Positions 26,612 through 36,289 are shown, numbered from the stretch's first letter. The stretch is 46,578 bases of DNA from Candidatus Woesearchaeota archaeon (GCA_018646625.1 JABGUJ010000003.1:292509-339086); one strand, 5' to 3'. The notes: generated by a model not told the origin, from the sequence alone. A program made the numbers and translations.

Positions 26612-27514
26612 GTGATTCCAACGGGATACACAAACGCACTATTGATTCTACCATTTGATCATAGAGGTTCTTTCGCAAAGACATTATTGGGTTTCAAACC
26701 CCCTTTGACAAGAGCAGAGAAGAAAACGATTTCTGATATGAAAGAAATGGTTTACAAAGGATTCCTCAAAGCCAGATCAAAAAGAAAAGATAAAGCAAGC
26801 TACGGAATTCTGGTTGATGAAGAATACGGATCAAAAATTCTTAAAGACGCTAACAAAAGAGGCATCATCACAGCATGCCCCGTAGAAAAAAGCGGACAGA
26901 AGGAATTCATGTTCGATTTTGGAAACAAATTCAGAGAACATATTAGAAAAGTAAATCCATCAATCGTAAAAGTATTAGTTAGATACAATCCAACAAACAA
27001 TAAAGAATCTAACAAAAGGCAACTAAAACGATTACACACATTATCTACGTTCTGCCATAAAGAAAAATACAAATTAATGTTTGAACTACTTGTACCGCCA
27101 AGCGAAAAAGATCTAAAAAAGTGTAAGACAGCAGAAAAATATGATACAACACTAAGATTAGATCGAACAGTAAAGGCAATCAAAGAAGTACAAACCAAAG
27201 TTCATCCAGACATATGGAAACTAGAAGGTTTCGCAGGTCCAAAGTGGAAAAAAATAATTGCTCAAGTTAAAAAACAAGATACAAAAGAAGGAATAATAGT
27301 TTTAGGTCGTGGTGCTGACAAAGAAAAGGTTAAGAAATGGCTTATAGGCGCAGACCAATACAAACAAATAGTGGGCTTTGCAGTCGGAAGAACAGTTTTC
27401 TTTAAACCATTAGAAGACTACAAAAACAAAAAGATAACAAAAACTCAAGCGATAGACAGAATTGCAAAACGTTACGGATCATTCATCAATCTATGGAAGA
27501 AATACAGAAAATGA
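26612..27514 (+). CDS. DUF2090 / IolC-C-terminal-like class I aldolase (LacD-like TIM barrel)
   Basis: LPFDHRGSF, ILVDEEYG, PVEKSG, KVLVRYNP, FELLVP, DIWKLEG, VLGRGA, GFAVGRT. Confidence 0.85.
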   Translation: MIPTGYTNALLILPFDHRGSFAKTLLGFKPPLTRAEKKTISDMKEMVYKGFLKARSKRKDKASYGILVDEEYGSKILKDANKRGIITACPVEKSGQKEFMFDFGNKFREHIRKVNPSIVKVLVRYNPTNNKESNKRQLKRLHTLSTFCHKEKYKLMFELLVPPSEKDLKKCKTAEKYDTTLRLDRTVKAIKEVQTKVHPDIWKLEGFAGPKWKKIIAQVKKQDTKEGIIVLGRGADKEKVKKWLIGADQYKQIVGFAVGRTVFFKPLEDYKNKKITKTQAIDRIAKRYGSFINLWKKYRK

Positions 27515-28206
27515 ATGATAAAATCAAATTAGTATTTTTTGACATGGAAGGCACCATTTTCAAGAAAGTCTACAAAGATGCCAAAGGCAACACAGCCCCA
27601 AGTGCGTGGTGTCTCCTAGCAGAACACTTAGGTGAGCAAGCTCTTAAAGACGAAGAAATCAACAAAGATAAATGGAATAACAAAGAGTACGCAGGCTATG
27701 TTGAATGGATGGAAGACACCATCAGAATCCATAAAAAATATGGCCTAGACAAAGAATTCTTTGAAAATGTGATTAACCAAATAGAATATCATCCTGGTGT
27801 AAAAGAAACATTCTTAGAACTAAAAAAACGAGGAATAAGAACTTCCCTAATATCAGGAGGATTCAAAGCACAATCTGACAGAGCACAAAAAGATCTTAAA
27901 ATCAATCATGCATTCGCTGCTTGCGAATATTTCTGGGACGACGATGGAAAACTTCTACATTGGAACCTCCTCCCTTGCGATTATGAAGGTAAAGCAGATT
28001 TCATGGAATTAATCATAAAAGAACACGGCTTAAAGAAAAACGAATGCGCATTTGTCGGCGATGGAAAGAACGATATTTTTCTTGCAAAAGAAGTAGGACT
28101 CTCAATAGCTTTCAACGGCCCTAGAGAACTACAAGATGCCTGCACTCATTCAATTAACCAAGAAAATGGCAATGAAGATTTCATAGAAGTTCTGAAATAT
28201 CTATAA
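27511..28206 (+). CDS. HAD-IB family phosphatase (SerB-like)
   Basis: FFDMEGT, LISGGF, EGK, FVGDGKND motifs; ATGA overlap with the upstream stop. Confidence 0.85.
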   Translation: MNDKIKLVFFDMEGTIFKKVYKDAKGNTAPSAWCLLAEHLGEQALKDEEINKDKWNNKEYAGYVEWMEDTIRIHKKYGLDKEFFENVINQIEYHPGVKETFLELKKRGIRTSLISGGFKAQSDRAQKDLKINHAFAACEYFWDDDGKLLHWNLLPCDYEGKADFMELIIKEHGLKKNECAFVGDGKNDIFLAKEVGLSIAFNGPRELQDACTHSINQENGNEDFIEVLKYL

Positions 28207-28209
28207 AAA

Positions 28210-28815
28210 ATGAAAAGACAAACTAACTACTACATAGAAATTAGATACTTTGGAAAAGCTAAAGCCAAGTTCAAGCATTTAACTAGAGAAGTAGACAAAA
28301 AATTCAAACTGAAACCAGGCCACAAAGTACCACATATAACTTTAATCCAACCATTCAAAACAGAAAACCAAAGAAAATTAGTTTCAGATTTCAAACGAAT
28401 TTGCTCAAAATACAAATTAATGAAATTCACAGTTGACGGAATAGGTGTGTTTCCCTTCTTTGTTGTTTTTGCAAGAGTAAAACCTGAAAAAGAATTAATC
28501 AGATTCCGGCACCATTTGATGAATATCCTCAAACCCTACTGTCGCATAAAAGACGTTAATCGAGCATACAAACCACACACAACCATAGCTCTGAAAATGG
28601 GGTTCATCAAATTCTTCAGAATATGGATGTATTTGGTCTGTAAACCCAGAATTGTGTTCACTAATCACGTTATGAGAATCACCCTCTTGAAAGGCCAGAA
28701 AATCTTATATGAATATGATTTCACAAATCGTAGATTACTAAATCGGAGAAAAGCTAAGAGTAGAAAAGAATTATCTAAAACATTCAAAGGATTGAAAAGA
28801 CACAAAAAGAAGTAG
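28210..28815 (+). CDS. 2H phosphoesterase (2'-5' RNA ligase family)
   Basis: Two HxT motifs: PHITL and PHTTI. Confidence 0.85.
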   Translation: MKRQTNYYIEIRYFGKAKAKFKHLTREVDKKFKLKPGHKVPHITLIQPFKTENQRKLVSDFKRICSKYKLMKFTVDGIGVFPFFVVFARVKPEKELIRFRHHLMNILKPYCRIKDVNRAYKPHTTIALKMGFIKFFRIWMYLVCKPRIVFTNHVMRITLLKGQKILYEYDFTNRRLLNRRKAKSRKELSKTFKGLKRHKKK

Positions 28816-28943
28816 AATAATTACAAAAAACAGTTTAAAAACAACATTTCTTCCAAAATAACTAAACAAACCATCAACAAAACCAAACAACCTACGACTT
28901 CTAACAAATAAAACACTTATTAACAAAACCAACAAACAAAGTA

Positions 28944-29534
28944 ATGAAACCAATAAGTTGGCAGAGAAAACTATTACTTTACGTAGTCACACACGCCACA
29001 TTGTTCTCATCATTCTATCTATTAGGTGTACAAAACGCAGAAGAAACTAGAAAAGCATACCACAGAGTTGTAGAAGGAGAAAAAGTCGAAGAAGGATTTA
29101 ACAAGAACCCATACGGTGTAAAGTTACACTATGAGAGAAACGGAGATGGACAAATCCAAGTATTCCTGCAGTATAATGATAGAGACACAATAAAAAGAAA
29201 AATCAACTCAGATCTAACCTGCGGCACAAACCAAGAAAACATAGAATCAATAGTAGAAAAAGCCAGACAAAGCCCGCAGCAAGAATTAAATGAAACATTA
29301 GATTCACTAACCGGTGCAAGAAGAAGCATTTTTTCAGAAAGATACGATAACCGACAACTAGAGCAAGGCTTTGCAGACATCGACGACATAGTATACACTG
29401 TAAACCCTAATGACAAAATAGAGACATTCTACAAATTGTCAGAAGAACTTTATCCTATGACAGAACAACCTGGTCTTGTAGGACAAGGAAAACGTGCAAT
29501 GAAACGCATCTCTGACTATTTGTTTAGTGAATAA
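28944..29534 (+). CDS. Hypothetical protein with N-terminal membrane anchor
   Basis: 196-aa ORF with a hydrophobic N-terminus; EEGF..P / EQGF..D may be an internal repeat. Confidence 0.65.
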   Translation: MKPISWQRKLLLYVVTHATLFSSFYLLGVQNAEETRKAYHRVVEGEKVEEGFNKNPYGVKLHYERNGDGQIQVFLQYNDRDTIKRKINSDLTCGTNQENIESIVEKARQSPQQELNETLDSLTGARRSIFSERYDNRQLEQGFADIDDIVYTVNPNDKIETFYKLSEELYPMTEQPGLVGQGKRAMKRISDYLFSE

Positions 29535-29588
29535 CTACAAACCACAGAAACCTTTAAAAAGGGAAATAACTAAATCTAGGCTAAGGGG

Positions 29589-29603
29589 GTATTACAGTAA
29601 TAC
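29589..29603. promoter_or_regulatory. Palindromic operator-like site
   Basis: GTATTAC-A-GTAATAC between a TTTAAAAA box (~29553) and the GGAGGT RBS (29611). Confidence 0.4.
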
Positions 29604-29625
29604 TCTAAAAGGAGGTAGATTGATA

Positions 29626-29943
29626 ATGGCTAAAAAAAACGCTGGCGATGATCACATCATTGCATGTTTGTCTTATTTAGGAATTCTATTCTTAATTCCA
29701 CTGTTAGCAAAAAAAGATAGTAAGTTTTGTATGTTTCACGCAAAACAAGGACTTGCACTATTCATAGTATCTATTATAATTTCATTCCTAGGAATGATTC
29801 CACTACTTGGATGGTTCATAATCCTGCCACTAGGAATGTTATTTGTTTTAATCCTTGCAATCTGGGGAATAGTTGCAGCATTACAAGGAAAAGAAACTAA
29901 ACTACCATTGATTGGATCTCTAGCAGAGAAATTCGATCTTTGA
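29626..29943 (+). CDS. DUF4870 family membrane protein
   Basis: ACLSYLGILFLIPL..FHAKQGL..ALQGKE.KLPLIG; start at ATG 29626 after GGAGGT. Confidence 0.88.
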   Translation: MAKKNAGDDHIIACLSYLGILFLIPLLAKKDSKFCMFHAKQGLALFIVSIIISFLGMIPLLGWFIILPLGMLFVLILAIWGIVAALQGKETKLPLIGSLAEKFDL

Positions 29944-29986
29944 TATTTTTATTTTTTTATTAAATTTTATCAGGGGGTCATAAAAC

Positions 29987-30787
29987 ATGAATAATAAACT
30001 ATTAGTAGTACTATTCGCAGTTGTAATTGTTCTGATGTATGGATGTACTCAAACTCCAGCAACAGAACCTCAAGAAACAGTTTCCGCAGAAATACCTGCA
30101 GAACCTGCACCAACAGAAACAGCACCAGAAGAACCTGTTCAAGCAGAAGCAACTGGCGCTAAAGATGTTCTAAAATCATTAGTTGGATCTAAACCTGACT
30201 ATCTAGTCAAGTATACATTCAGTACAATAAGTGGTGGAGAAGAATTAGCAGGAACTCAAGCTCACTATATCAAAGGCGAAAACTTCAGAACTGATTCAGA
30301 GATTAGCATCGACGGTCAGAAAATGGTCTCCGCAACATACGTTCTTGATTCAAAGTTATACACTTGCTCAAAAACAATGGGTAACTGGATGTGTATGGAA
30401 TTCCCTCAAATGGACGGAGAAGATACATCAACATTCGATCCTAGAGCAACAAACGAAGACTTTGCTGAAGAACTAGATAGCTGGTTTGTAGAAGAACTTC
30501 CTGACAGAACCATTGCAGAAGAAACGGCTAAATGCTTCTCAACAACAATGGCAGAAGTAGCCTCACAAGAAACAGAGGTTTGCTATAGTTCAGAAGGTGT
30601 GCCTTTATACATCGGACATGTAAATCCTGATGGATCATACACACTTGAAGCAATTGAGTTCTCTAGAACTGTAAGTGATTCTGATTTCGAACTTCCTGCA
30701 GAACCTGAAGATTTCCCTATAATGGGTATGGGTGGCGAAGGAATGACAGAAGAAGAACTTCAAGCAATGGCTGAGCAATACAGCTAA
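29987..30787 (+). CDS. Lipoprotein-like secreted protein with Pro/Ala/Glu linker and beta-rich (LolA/DUF4412-like) domain
   Basis: MYGC lipobox-like motif, PAEPAPTETAPEEP linker, YIKGENFRTD..SDSDFELPA. Confidence 0.7.
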   Translation: MNNKLLVVLFAVVIVLMYGCTQTPATEPQETVSAEIPAEPAPTETAPEEPVQAEATGAKDVLKSLVGSKPDYLVKYTFSTISGGEELAGTQAHYIKGENFRTDSEISIDGQKMVSATYVLDSKLYTCSKTMGNWMCMEFPQMDGEDTSTFDPRATNEDFAEELDSWFVEELPDRTIAEETAKCFSTTMAEVASQETEVCYSSEGVPLYIGHVNPDGSYTLEAIEFSRTVSDSDFELPAEPEDFPIMGMGGEGMTEEELQAMAEQYS

Positions 30788-31461
30788 CTTTTTCTTTTTT
30801 TAAATTCTATTTTATCTTCTAACAATACACCTTGATGCAATTCTACAGGTCTCCACTTATCTTCTACCAACTTAGCTTCTAACCAATCAGCCAAATCATT
30901 AGGATTACCTATTGTAGCACTCAAAGCAATTATCTGTACGTTCTTCAAAAGATCTCTAAGAATTGTTAATAGTATCTCTAACGTCGGTCCTCTTGAAGCA
31001 TCATTAAGCAAATGCACCTCATCCACTACAACAGTCGCAACATCCTTCAACCATTCAGCCCTATGTCTAATTAAACTATCAAGCTTTTCAGACGTACAGA
31101 ATATAAGATCATTTTGCGCAATATACGGATCTGCAGAATCCAAATCACCAATCGAAACCCCAACTTTAAGCAAATGACCATATCTTTGCTTCATTTCTTT
31201 ATACTTCTCTGTCGCCAAAGCCTTCAAAGGAACAATATAGATGGCTTTCCCTTTTCTTTTTAGAATACCATCAATCATTGCCAGTTCCGCAACTAGAGTT
31301 TTACCTGACGCAGTCGGAGTACAAACCAAAAGATTTTCTCCATCAAACAAACCTGCATCTATAGATTTCTCTTGAGAAGGTCTTAGTTCTTTGATACCTA
31401 ACCCATCTAATACTTCATAGAATTGCGGTTCAATCTTAGTTTTTAGAGCGTCTAAATGCAT
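30784..31461 (-). CDS. Stand-alone N-terminal RecA domain of a Ski2/Hel308-like helicase
   Basis: LRPSQ, PTASGKT, PLKALA, DEVH, SAT and WRPV motifs, then a stop at 225 aa. Confidence 0.85.
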   Translation of the reverse strand: MHLDALKTKIEPQFYEVLDGLGIKELRPSQEKSIDAGLFDGENLLVCTPTASGKTLVAELAMIDGILKRKGKAIYIVPLKALATEKYKEMKQRYGHLLKVGVSIGDLDSADPYIAQNDLIFCTSEKLDSLIRHRAEWLKDVATVVVDEVHLLNDASRGPTLEILLTILRDLLKNVQIIALSATIGNPNDLADWLEAKLVEDKWRPVELHQGVLLEDKIEFKKRKS

Positions 31462-31609
31462 AATTCAAAGGAAGAACATAGAAGTTGTTATGTCTTTCTA
31501 TTAAGAAAAAGACGACGCAACAGAGAGTTACAACCAAACAGAGACCAATGAGCAGCCCCATTCAAAAAAGAAAAGTTAATAAATAAGCTAACACCTCAAT
31601 AATAAACAA

Positions 31610-31700
31610 GGAGGGGCAGATTATTTGCTAAGACAGCCAAAAAGACCGGCGTTTAGCAAAAAAAGGACCACTCTCGTCAGTTAAACCACAAAAGGAGCGT
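31610..31700 (+). promoter_or_regulatory. Structured 5' leader of the SbnA-like operon
   Basis: TTTGCTAA (31624-31631) / TTAGCAAA (31653-31660) hairpin flanked by GAGGG/CTCTC; AT-rich TATA-like box at ~31576. Confidence 0.45.
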
Positions 31701-31714
31701 TATTTAAACCCAAA

Positions 31715-32683
31715 ATGAGAGTAAAAGGAATTCTGGATCTTATTGGCAACACGCCAACCGTAAAACTTGAGAAAATAATTCAACAAGAAGGTGTTGAGAT
31801 ATTTGCAAAGTTAGAAGGTCATAACCTAACAGGAAGCATGAAAGCAAGATCCGCATTAGGGATGATCGAAGCAGCAGAAGCTAGAGGAGAACTTACCCCT
31901 GGAAGAAGCACAATCATTGAATCCACATCAGGAAATCTAGGATATGCACTTGCCGCAATTGGCGGAGTAAAAGGATATAGAGTAATTCTAGTTTTAGATC
32001 CGAAAACTGATGATCTTAAAAGAAATATATTGAAAGGATACGGCGCCGAATTAGTTACAGTTACAGAATCAGATGAACACGGCGCATTCCAACCAACAAG
32101 AATTGCAAGAGTACAAGAAATGTTAGGAGAAACTCCTAATTCGTGGACACCAAACCAATATCACAATCCAGACAATCTGGATGCACACTACAAAACAATG
32201 GGTCCTGAGATATTCGCAGATTTAGAAGGAAGAGTAGATGTGGTTGTTGGAGCAATTGGTACATGCGGTCATTTAGGAGGAGCTGCAAAATTCTTAATGG
32301 AACAAAATCCAGATCTAAGAGTAATTGGAGTAGAACCAGAAGGATCCGTATTATCTGGAGGAGAATTCTGTCCATACTTAATTCAAGGTCCAGGACTTAG
32401 CTTCAAACCATCAAATCTAGATTTAGGAGTTATAAGAGAAATAGTAAAAGTATCAGATAAAGACGCAATGTATGCTGCCAGAGAACTTGCAAGAAAAGAA
32501 GCAATACTATCAGGGAGCTCGGCAGGAAGTGTAATATATGCTACAAGACAGATTGCACCAGAACTTCCAGAAGGATCTAGAGTCGCAGTAATATTAGCAG
32601 ATGGGGGATTCCGTTACGGAACCAATTTCTATGATGATAATTGGATGGTAACACACGCAATGCAACCTCCGTCATCACAATAA
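31715..32683 (+). CDS. PLP-dependent cysteine synthase family protein, SbnA-like
   Basis: KLEGHNLTGSMKAR, IESTSGNLG, VLDPK, DEHGAFQPTRIARVQE, NQYHNPDN..AHY, DGGFRY..FYDDNWM. Confidence 0.88.
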   Translation: MRVKGILDLIGNTPTVKLEKIIQQEGVEIFAKLEGHNLTGSMKARSALGMIEAAEARGELTPGRSTIIESTSGNLGYALAAIGGVKGYRVILVLDPKTDDLKRNILKGYGAELVTVTESDEHGAFQPTRIARVQEMLGETPNSWTPNQYHNPDNLDAHYKTMGPEIFADLEGRVDVVVGAIGTCGHLGGAAKFLMEQNPDLRVIGVEPEGSVLSGGEFCPYLIQGPGLSFKPSNLDLGVIREIVKVSDKDAMYAARELARKEAILSGSSAGSVIYATRQIAPELPEGSRVAVILADGGFRYGTNFYDDNWMVTHAMQPPSSQ

Positions 32684-32699
32684 TCGTTGGGGAAATCAA

Positions 32700-33494
32700 A
32701 TGAGTACAAATCAAAACTTAGGGATAGTTCTAAGAGTAGACAATGTTCTAAAACCAGGAACATATGAAAACTTTAAAGCTATGATGGATGTGATAAACAG
32801 CAAAGGAGCTACTGCAGTAATTGACGTCACACCAAAATGGCATGGCACCACAGACCATGATCCAGAATACGTCGCAGTCATCAAAAATCAACTCGACAAA
32901 GGTCACGTTCTTGCATTACATGGTGTCGAACACAGATGCAGAATTCTTCAAGAACACGAACACAAAGTTTCATGGTTACCAAGCGAAGATGAGTTTGATT
33001 GTAAAGACTATCACAGAATTCACGGCACAGATATTCCTATAGAAATACAAAGAGAATGGTTAAGAGAAGGTAATCAACTACTAGAAAAAATTCTAGGACA
33101 AAGAACCGATCTACTTATGCCTCCAGCACACGCATTTAATTCTAATACACTTGCCGCAATGAAAGAAGAAGGATTCGTTGCAACTTCAGATTACGGACGA
33201 TGGGACGCAAGACCATATCAAAAAGATGGAATCTGGGTGCTACCTTTTGACTTTGAAGATTACATGAAAAACACCGATGAAGATGGTGGAAACGCAGAAG
33301 CCATCTTCAAAATGTATACTAAATATTTTGAAGCCAGCGTAAGACAACAAGGTTTCTATGCGATGTTTACACACTGCGATTTTAGCGGAGAAGGAAACGC
33401 AAGTCCAGAAAGACTAAAGATATTAGATCGAATGATCACATATGCACAAGATAAAGATCATAGATTCATAGACCCAAGAGAAATTTTAAGATGA
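32700..33494 (+). CDS. Polysaccharide deacetylase-like (DUF2334/NodB fold) protein
   Basis: LRVDNV, ALHGVEH, DEF, MPPAHAF, FTH motifs. Confidence 0.8.
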   Translation: MSTNQNLGIVLRVDNVLKPGTYENFKAMMDVINSKGATAVIDVTPKWHGTTDHDPEYVAVIKNQLDKGHVLALHGVEHRCRILQEHEHKVSWLPSEDEFDCKDYHRIHGTDIPIEIQREWLREGNQLLEKILGQRTDLLMPPAHAFNSNTLAAMKEEGFVATSDYGRWDARPYQKDGIWVLPFDFEDYMKNTDEDGGNAEAIFKMYTKYFEASVRQQGFYAMFTHCDFSGEGNASPERLKILDRMITYAQDKDHRFIDPREILR

Positions 33495-34768
33495 AAGCAG
33501 TAGGAAAAACACTAAGAGATATAATTAGTGAAGATGAGAAAGACCAAATCATTTTTGGGTATGAGATTCTTTCACAACCCGACCCAACCATCCTAACAAG
33601 AATTCCACACATAACACATCGAAATCAAGCCATTGCAACAATAGCAAAAGAAGGCGATATAGTACTTTTAAATCAACCAATAAATCAACAATATCAACAA
33701 TGGCTAAGAGAAGTTGGTTTTGGAACTGACGCAATACACGAAGTTGAAACCGATGGACAAACTCCAATAACCGAACTAGTTACAGATCTCAGATTCAAAA
33801 TCCCGTCACAAGAAGGAACAAGAATATATGTTCCAAGAATGGTTTCGGATACAGATCATGATGCCGCATCAGCACTTAACGCCGTCCTTTTTGGAGGAAA
33901 TACAGACCTCGTTCTAAAGTATTACGATAAAGGTGAATTCAAAACTAGATGTCAAGAACTAGAAATTCCGGTTGTAGAATTTAGAGTTCTAGAGGCACCA
34001 AAAGGAATCAAGGTAAGTGCATTATCGGATGCGATAAGAGAAATACTAGAGACAAGTGAAGGCGCCATCGTAAAAGCCATGACATCATCAGCAGGAGCTG
34101 ATACTTACAGAGTTAACAAAGAAAACATAGCAGCAATAGCAGAAACAGTTGTCAAAGAAGGTAAAACTCGAGTCATTGTAGAAGCTTTAGCAAAAGTAAG
34201 AAGAGAATATTCATCTCAGTGGGCAGTAGATCTAAAAGGAAATGTCAATTTAGTAGGCATCTGCAATATGCACGCAGATCAAAAAGGAAGCCACATAGGC
34301 AACACATACCCGACCCCACAAGGAGTATTAGCCACACTCACAAAATATTCACACAGAGTTGGAACCGACATGAGTGAACAAGGATATATTGGAAATTTTC
34401 AATTAGATTTATTTGAAACCGAACATGGTATTTTGATGAGCGAAAACAATACAAGGATGAGCGGCTCTAGCATCGCATGGGACGTATTCCATAGACTAAA
34501 CCACAGACACAAGAAAAAAGGAGTATTTATCTCAACAAAGTTTCAGGTTCCACCTAATTCTTTTGACTGTATTAAAGAAAGTTGTAGAGATATTATTTAT
34601 ACTGGAAGAGACTATAACTGTTTTTTCCCATACGATATTGGAGCCATAGACATAACAGGACAATTTATGGGAGTAATCATTGCAGAAGATCAAGAAAAAG
34701 CTAAATCAATATTAAAAGAAATAGAACGGAAAGGAATCAAGAGCAGCATATCTTCAGAGTATTTATAA
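33491..34768 (+). CDS. ATP-grasp amide/peptide ligase with pre-ATP-grasp domain (PGM1-like)
   Basis: DKGEFK..C.EL.IPV, IVK..SSAG, VIVE, HIGN.YP, GYIGNFQLD, ENNTRMSGS. Confidence 0.78.
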   Translation: MKAVGKTLRDIISEDEKDQIIFGYEILSQPDPTILTRIPHITHRNQAIATIAKEGDIVLLNQPINQQYQQWLREVGFGTDAIHEVETDGQTPITELVTDLRFKIPSQEGTRIYVPRMVSDTDHDAASALNAVLFGGNTDLVLKYYDKGEFKTRCQELEIPVVEFRVLEAPKGIKVSALSDAIREILETSEGAIVKAMTSSAGADTYRVNKENIAAIAETVVKEGKTRVIVEALAKVRREYSSQWAVDLKGNVNLVGICNMHADQKGSHIGNTYPTPQGVLATLTKYSHRVGTDMSEQGYIGNFQLDLFETEHGILMSENNTRMSGSSIAWDVFHRLNHRHKKKGVFISTKFQVPPNSFDCIKESCRDIIYTGRDYNCFFPYDIGAIDITGQFMGVIIAEDQEKAKSILKEIERKGIKSSISSEYL

Positions 34769-35499
34769 TGAAAATAATCGATTGCCATGCACATATAGGA
34801 AAAGAAGGAGATAAAAATATTGACTTGGCTAAAATAAAGATTCATCTTAAAAGAAATAAAATAAATAAAGTTGTGCTGTTTCCATTTATATCAGACACAC
34901 TCACCCAAGATTCTTTAAAAATATTAGAACTATCAAAAAAAAATAAATTCATAATACCTTTCATAAGATTTAATCCAAACACAATTACTAAAAAAGAATT
35001 AGAAAAATTACTAGATAATCCATTCAAAGGTGTAAAATTACACCCTCGAGCAGAGAAATTCAATCCACTAGACCAAAAATTCGACTGGATCTTCAAAGAA
35101 ATACAGAAGCATAATATCCCCATACTATTTCACTGCAAATCATATCATTTCGATCCTGATAGTCACCCTGAAAAAATACTCAAACTGGCAAAACGACATC
35201 CAAAACAGATATTTATCCTGGGTCACTTCGCAGGAGTCAACAAAGAATTATTTAAAGAATATGTCAAACAAAAAAATATCTATGTTGAAACCTCTATTGA
35301 TGTCACACCCAACGCATATCGTGAAGTTGTATTAAAATACGGATTCAAAAGACTTCTATTCGGAACCGATTTCCCGTATTCTTTTGGAGAGATAGAACTC
35401 ATGAAGCTAAAGTTTGCCAATTTAGGAAAAGAGATGGAAGAGAGAATTCTATACAAAAATGCAGAGAATCTATTAAATAAACAATCCAAGAACTTTTAA
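34768..35499 (+). CDS. Amidohydrolase_2 family metallo-hydrolase
   Basis: IDCHAH, GVKLHP, ILFH, ILGH, YVETS, LFGTDFPY. Confidence 0.92.
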   Translation: MKIIDCHAHIGKEGDKNIDLAKIKIHLKRNKINKVVLFPFISDTLTQDSLKILELSKKNKFIIPFIRFNPNTITKKELEKLLDNPFKGVKLHPRAEKFNPLDQKFDWIFKEIQKHNIPILFHCKSYHFDPDSHPEKILKLAKRHPKQIFILGHFAGVNKELFKEYVKQKNIYVETSIDVTPNAYREVVLKYGFKRLLFGTDFPYSFGEIELMKLKFANLGKEMEERILYKNAENLLNKQSKNF

Positions 35500-35526
35500 A
35501 ACAGCAAGACACACAGAATACCAAGA

Positions 35527-36258
35527 ATGATAATAGACATACACACACACATAGGCAAAGACGTAAGCGACCCAAAGTTAGAAAAATACAGCAAAGACCA
35601 ACTTCTAGCAGACATGGACAAAAACCAAATACAGCACTCCGCAGTATTCCCATTCAACAGACCTGACGAAGATCTTCTAAAAGAATCATTAAGAATCCTA
35701 GAGTTATCAAAAGAAAACAAAAAAATAATACCATTTCTAAGATTTAATCCAAACACAATAACTAAAGAAGAGCTAAACAAACTATTAAGCAAAGGTTTCA
35801 AAGGAGTAAAACTCCACCCAAGAGCTCAAAACTTTGTATTCAACAAAATAGAATATGATCGGATCTATGAAATAATAGAAAAACACAAAGTTCCATTATT
35901 AATCCACACAAGAGCCGCAACCATGGAAACTAGCGATCCTGCTTATGCAATAGACATCGCACAAAGATTCCCAAACCTAAAGATTATAGCAGCACACTTC
36001 TTTGGAGGGGGCCTAAACAACGATCTCCTAAACCAAGTAGCAAAACACAAAAACCTATACGTAGACACATCAGTATATTCCAGCATTATGGAAATGAGAA
36101 GAGTTGTAAGAACTTACGATCGGCTAATATATGGCAGTGACGCCCCTTACAGCGACCAAGAAGTCGAAATCCTAAAAATAAAGAAAGCAAAGCTACCTAA
36201 GAAGATAGAAGACAAAATACTCTTCAAAAACGCTTTAGAAGTGCTAAACCTAAAGTAA
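35527..36258 (+). CDS. Amidohydrolase_2 family metallo-hydrolase (paralogue of the preceding gene)
   Basis: IDIHTH, GVKLHP, LIHT, AAHF, YVDTS, YGSDAPY. Confidence 0.92.
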   Translation: MIIDIHTHIGKDVSDPKLEKYSKDQLLADMDKNQIQHSAVFPFNRPDEDLLKESLRILELSKENKKIIPFLRFNPNTITKEELNKLLSKGFKGVKLHPRAQNFVFNKIEYDRIYEIIEKHKVPLLIHTRAATMETSDPAYAIDIAQRFPNLKIIAAHFFGGGLNNDLLNQVAKHKNLYVDTSVYSSIMEMRRVVRTYDRLIYGSDAPYSDQEVEILKIKKAKLPKKIEDKILFKNALEVLNLK

Positions 36259-36289
36259 CATTTTTAAACCAAAAAAATAACCATAAACT

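Noticed and set aside
28816..28943. A/C-rich intergenic stretch as a repeat array
   Set aside because: Low-complexity strand bias without a defined repeat unit.
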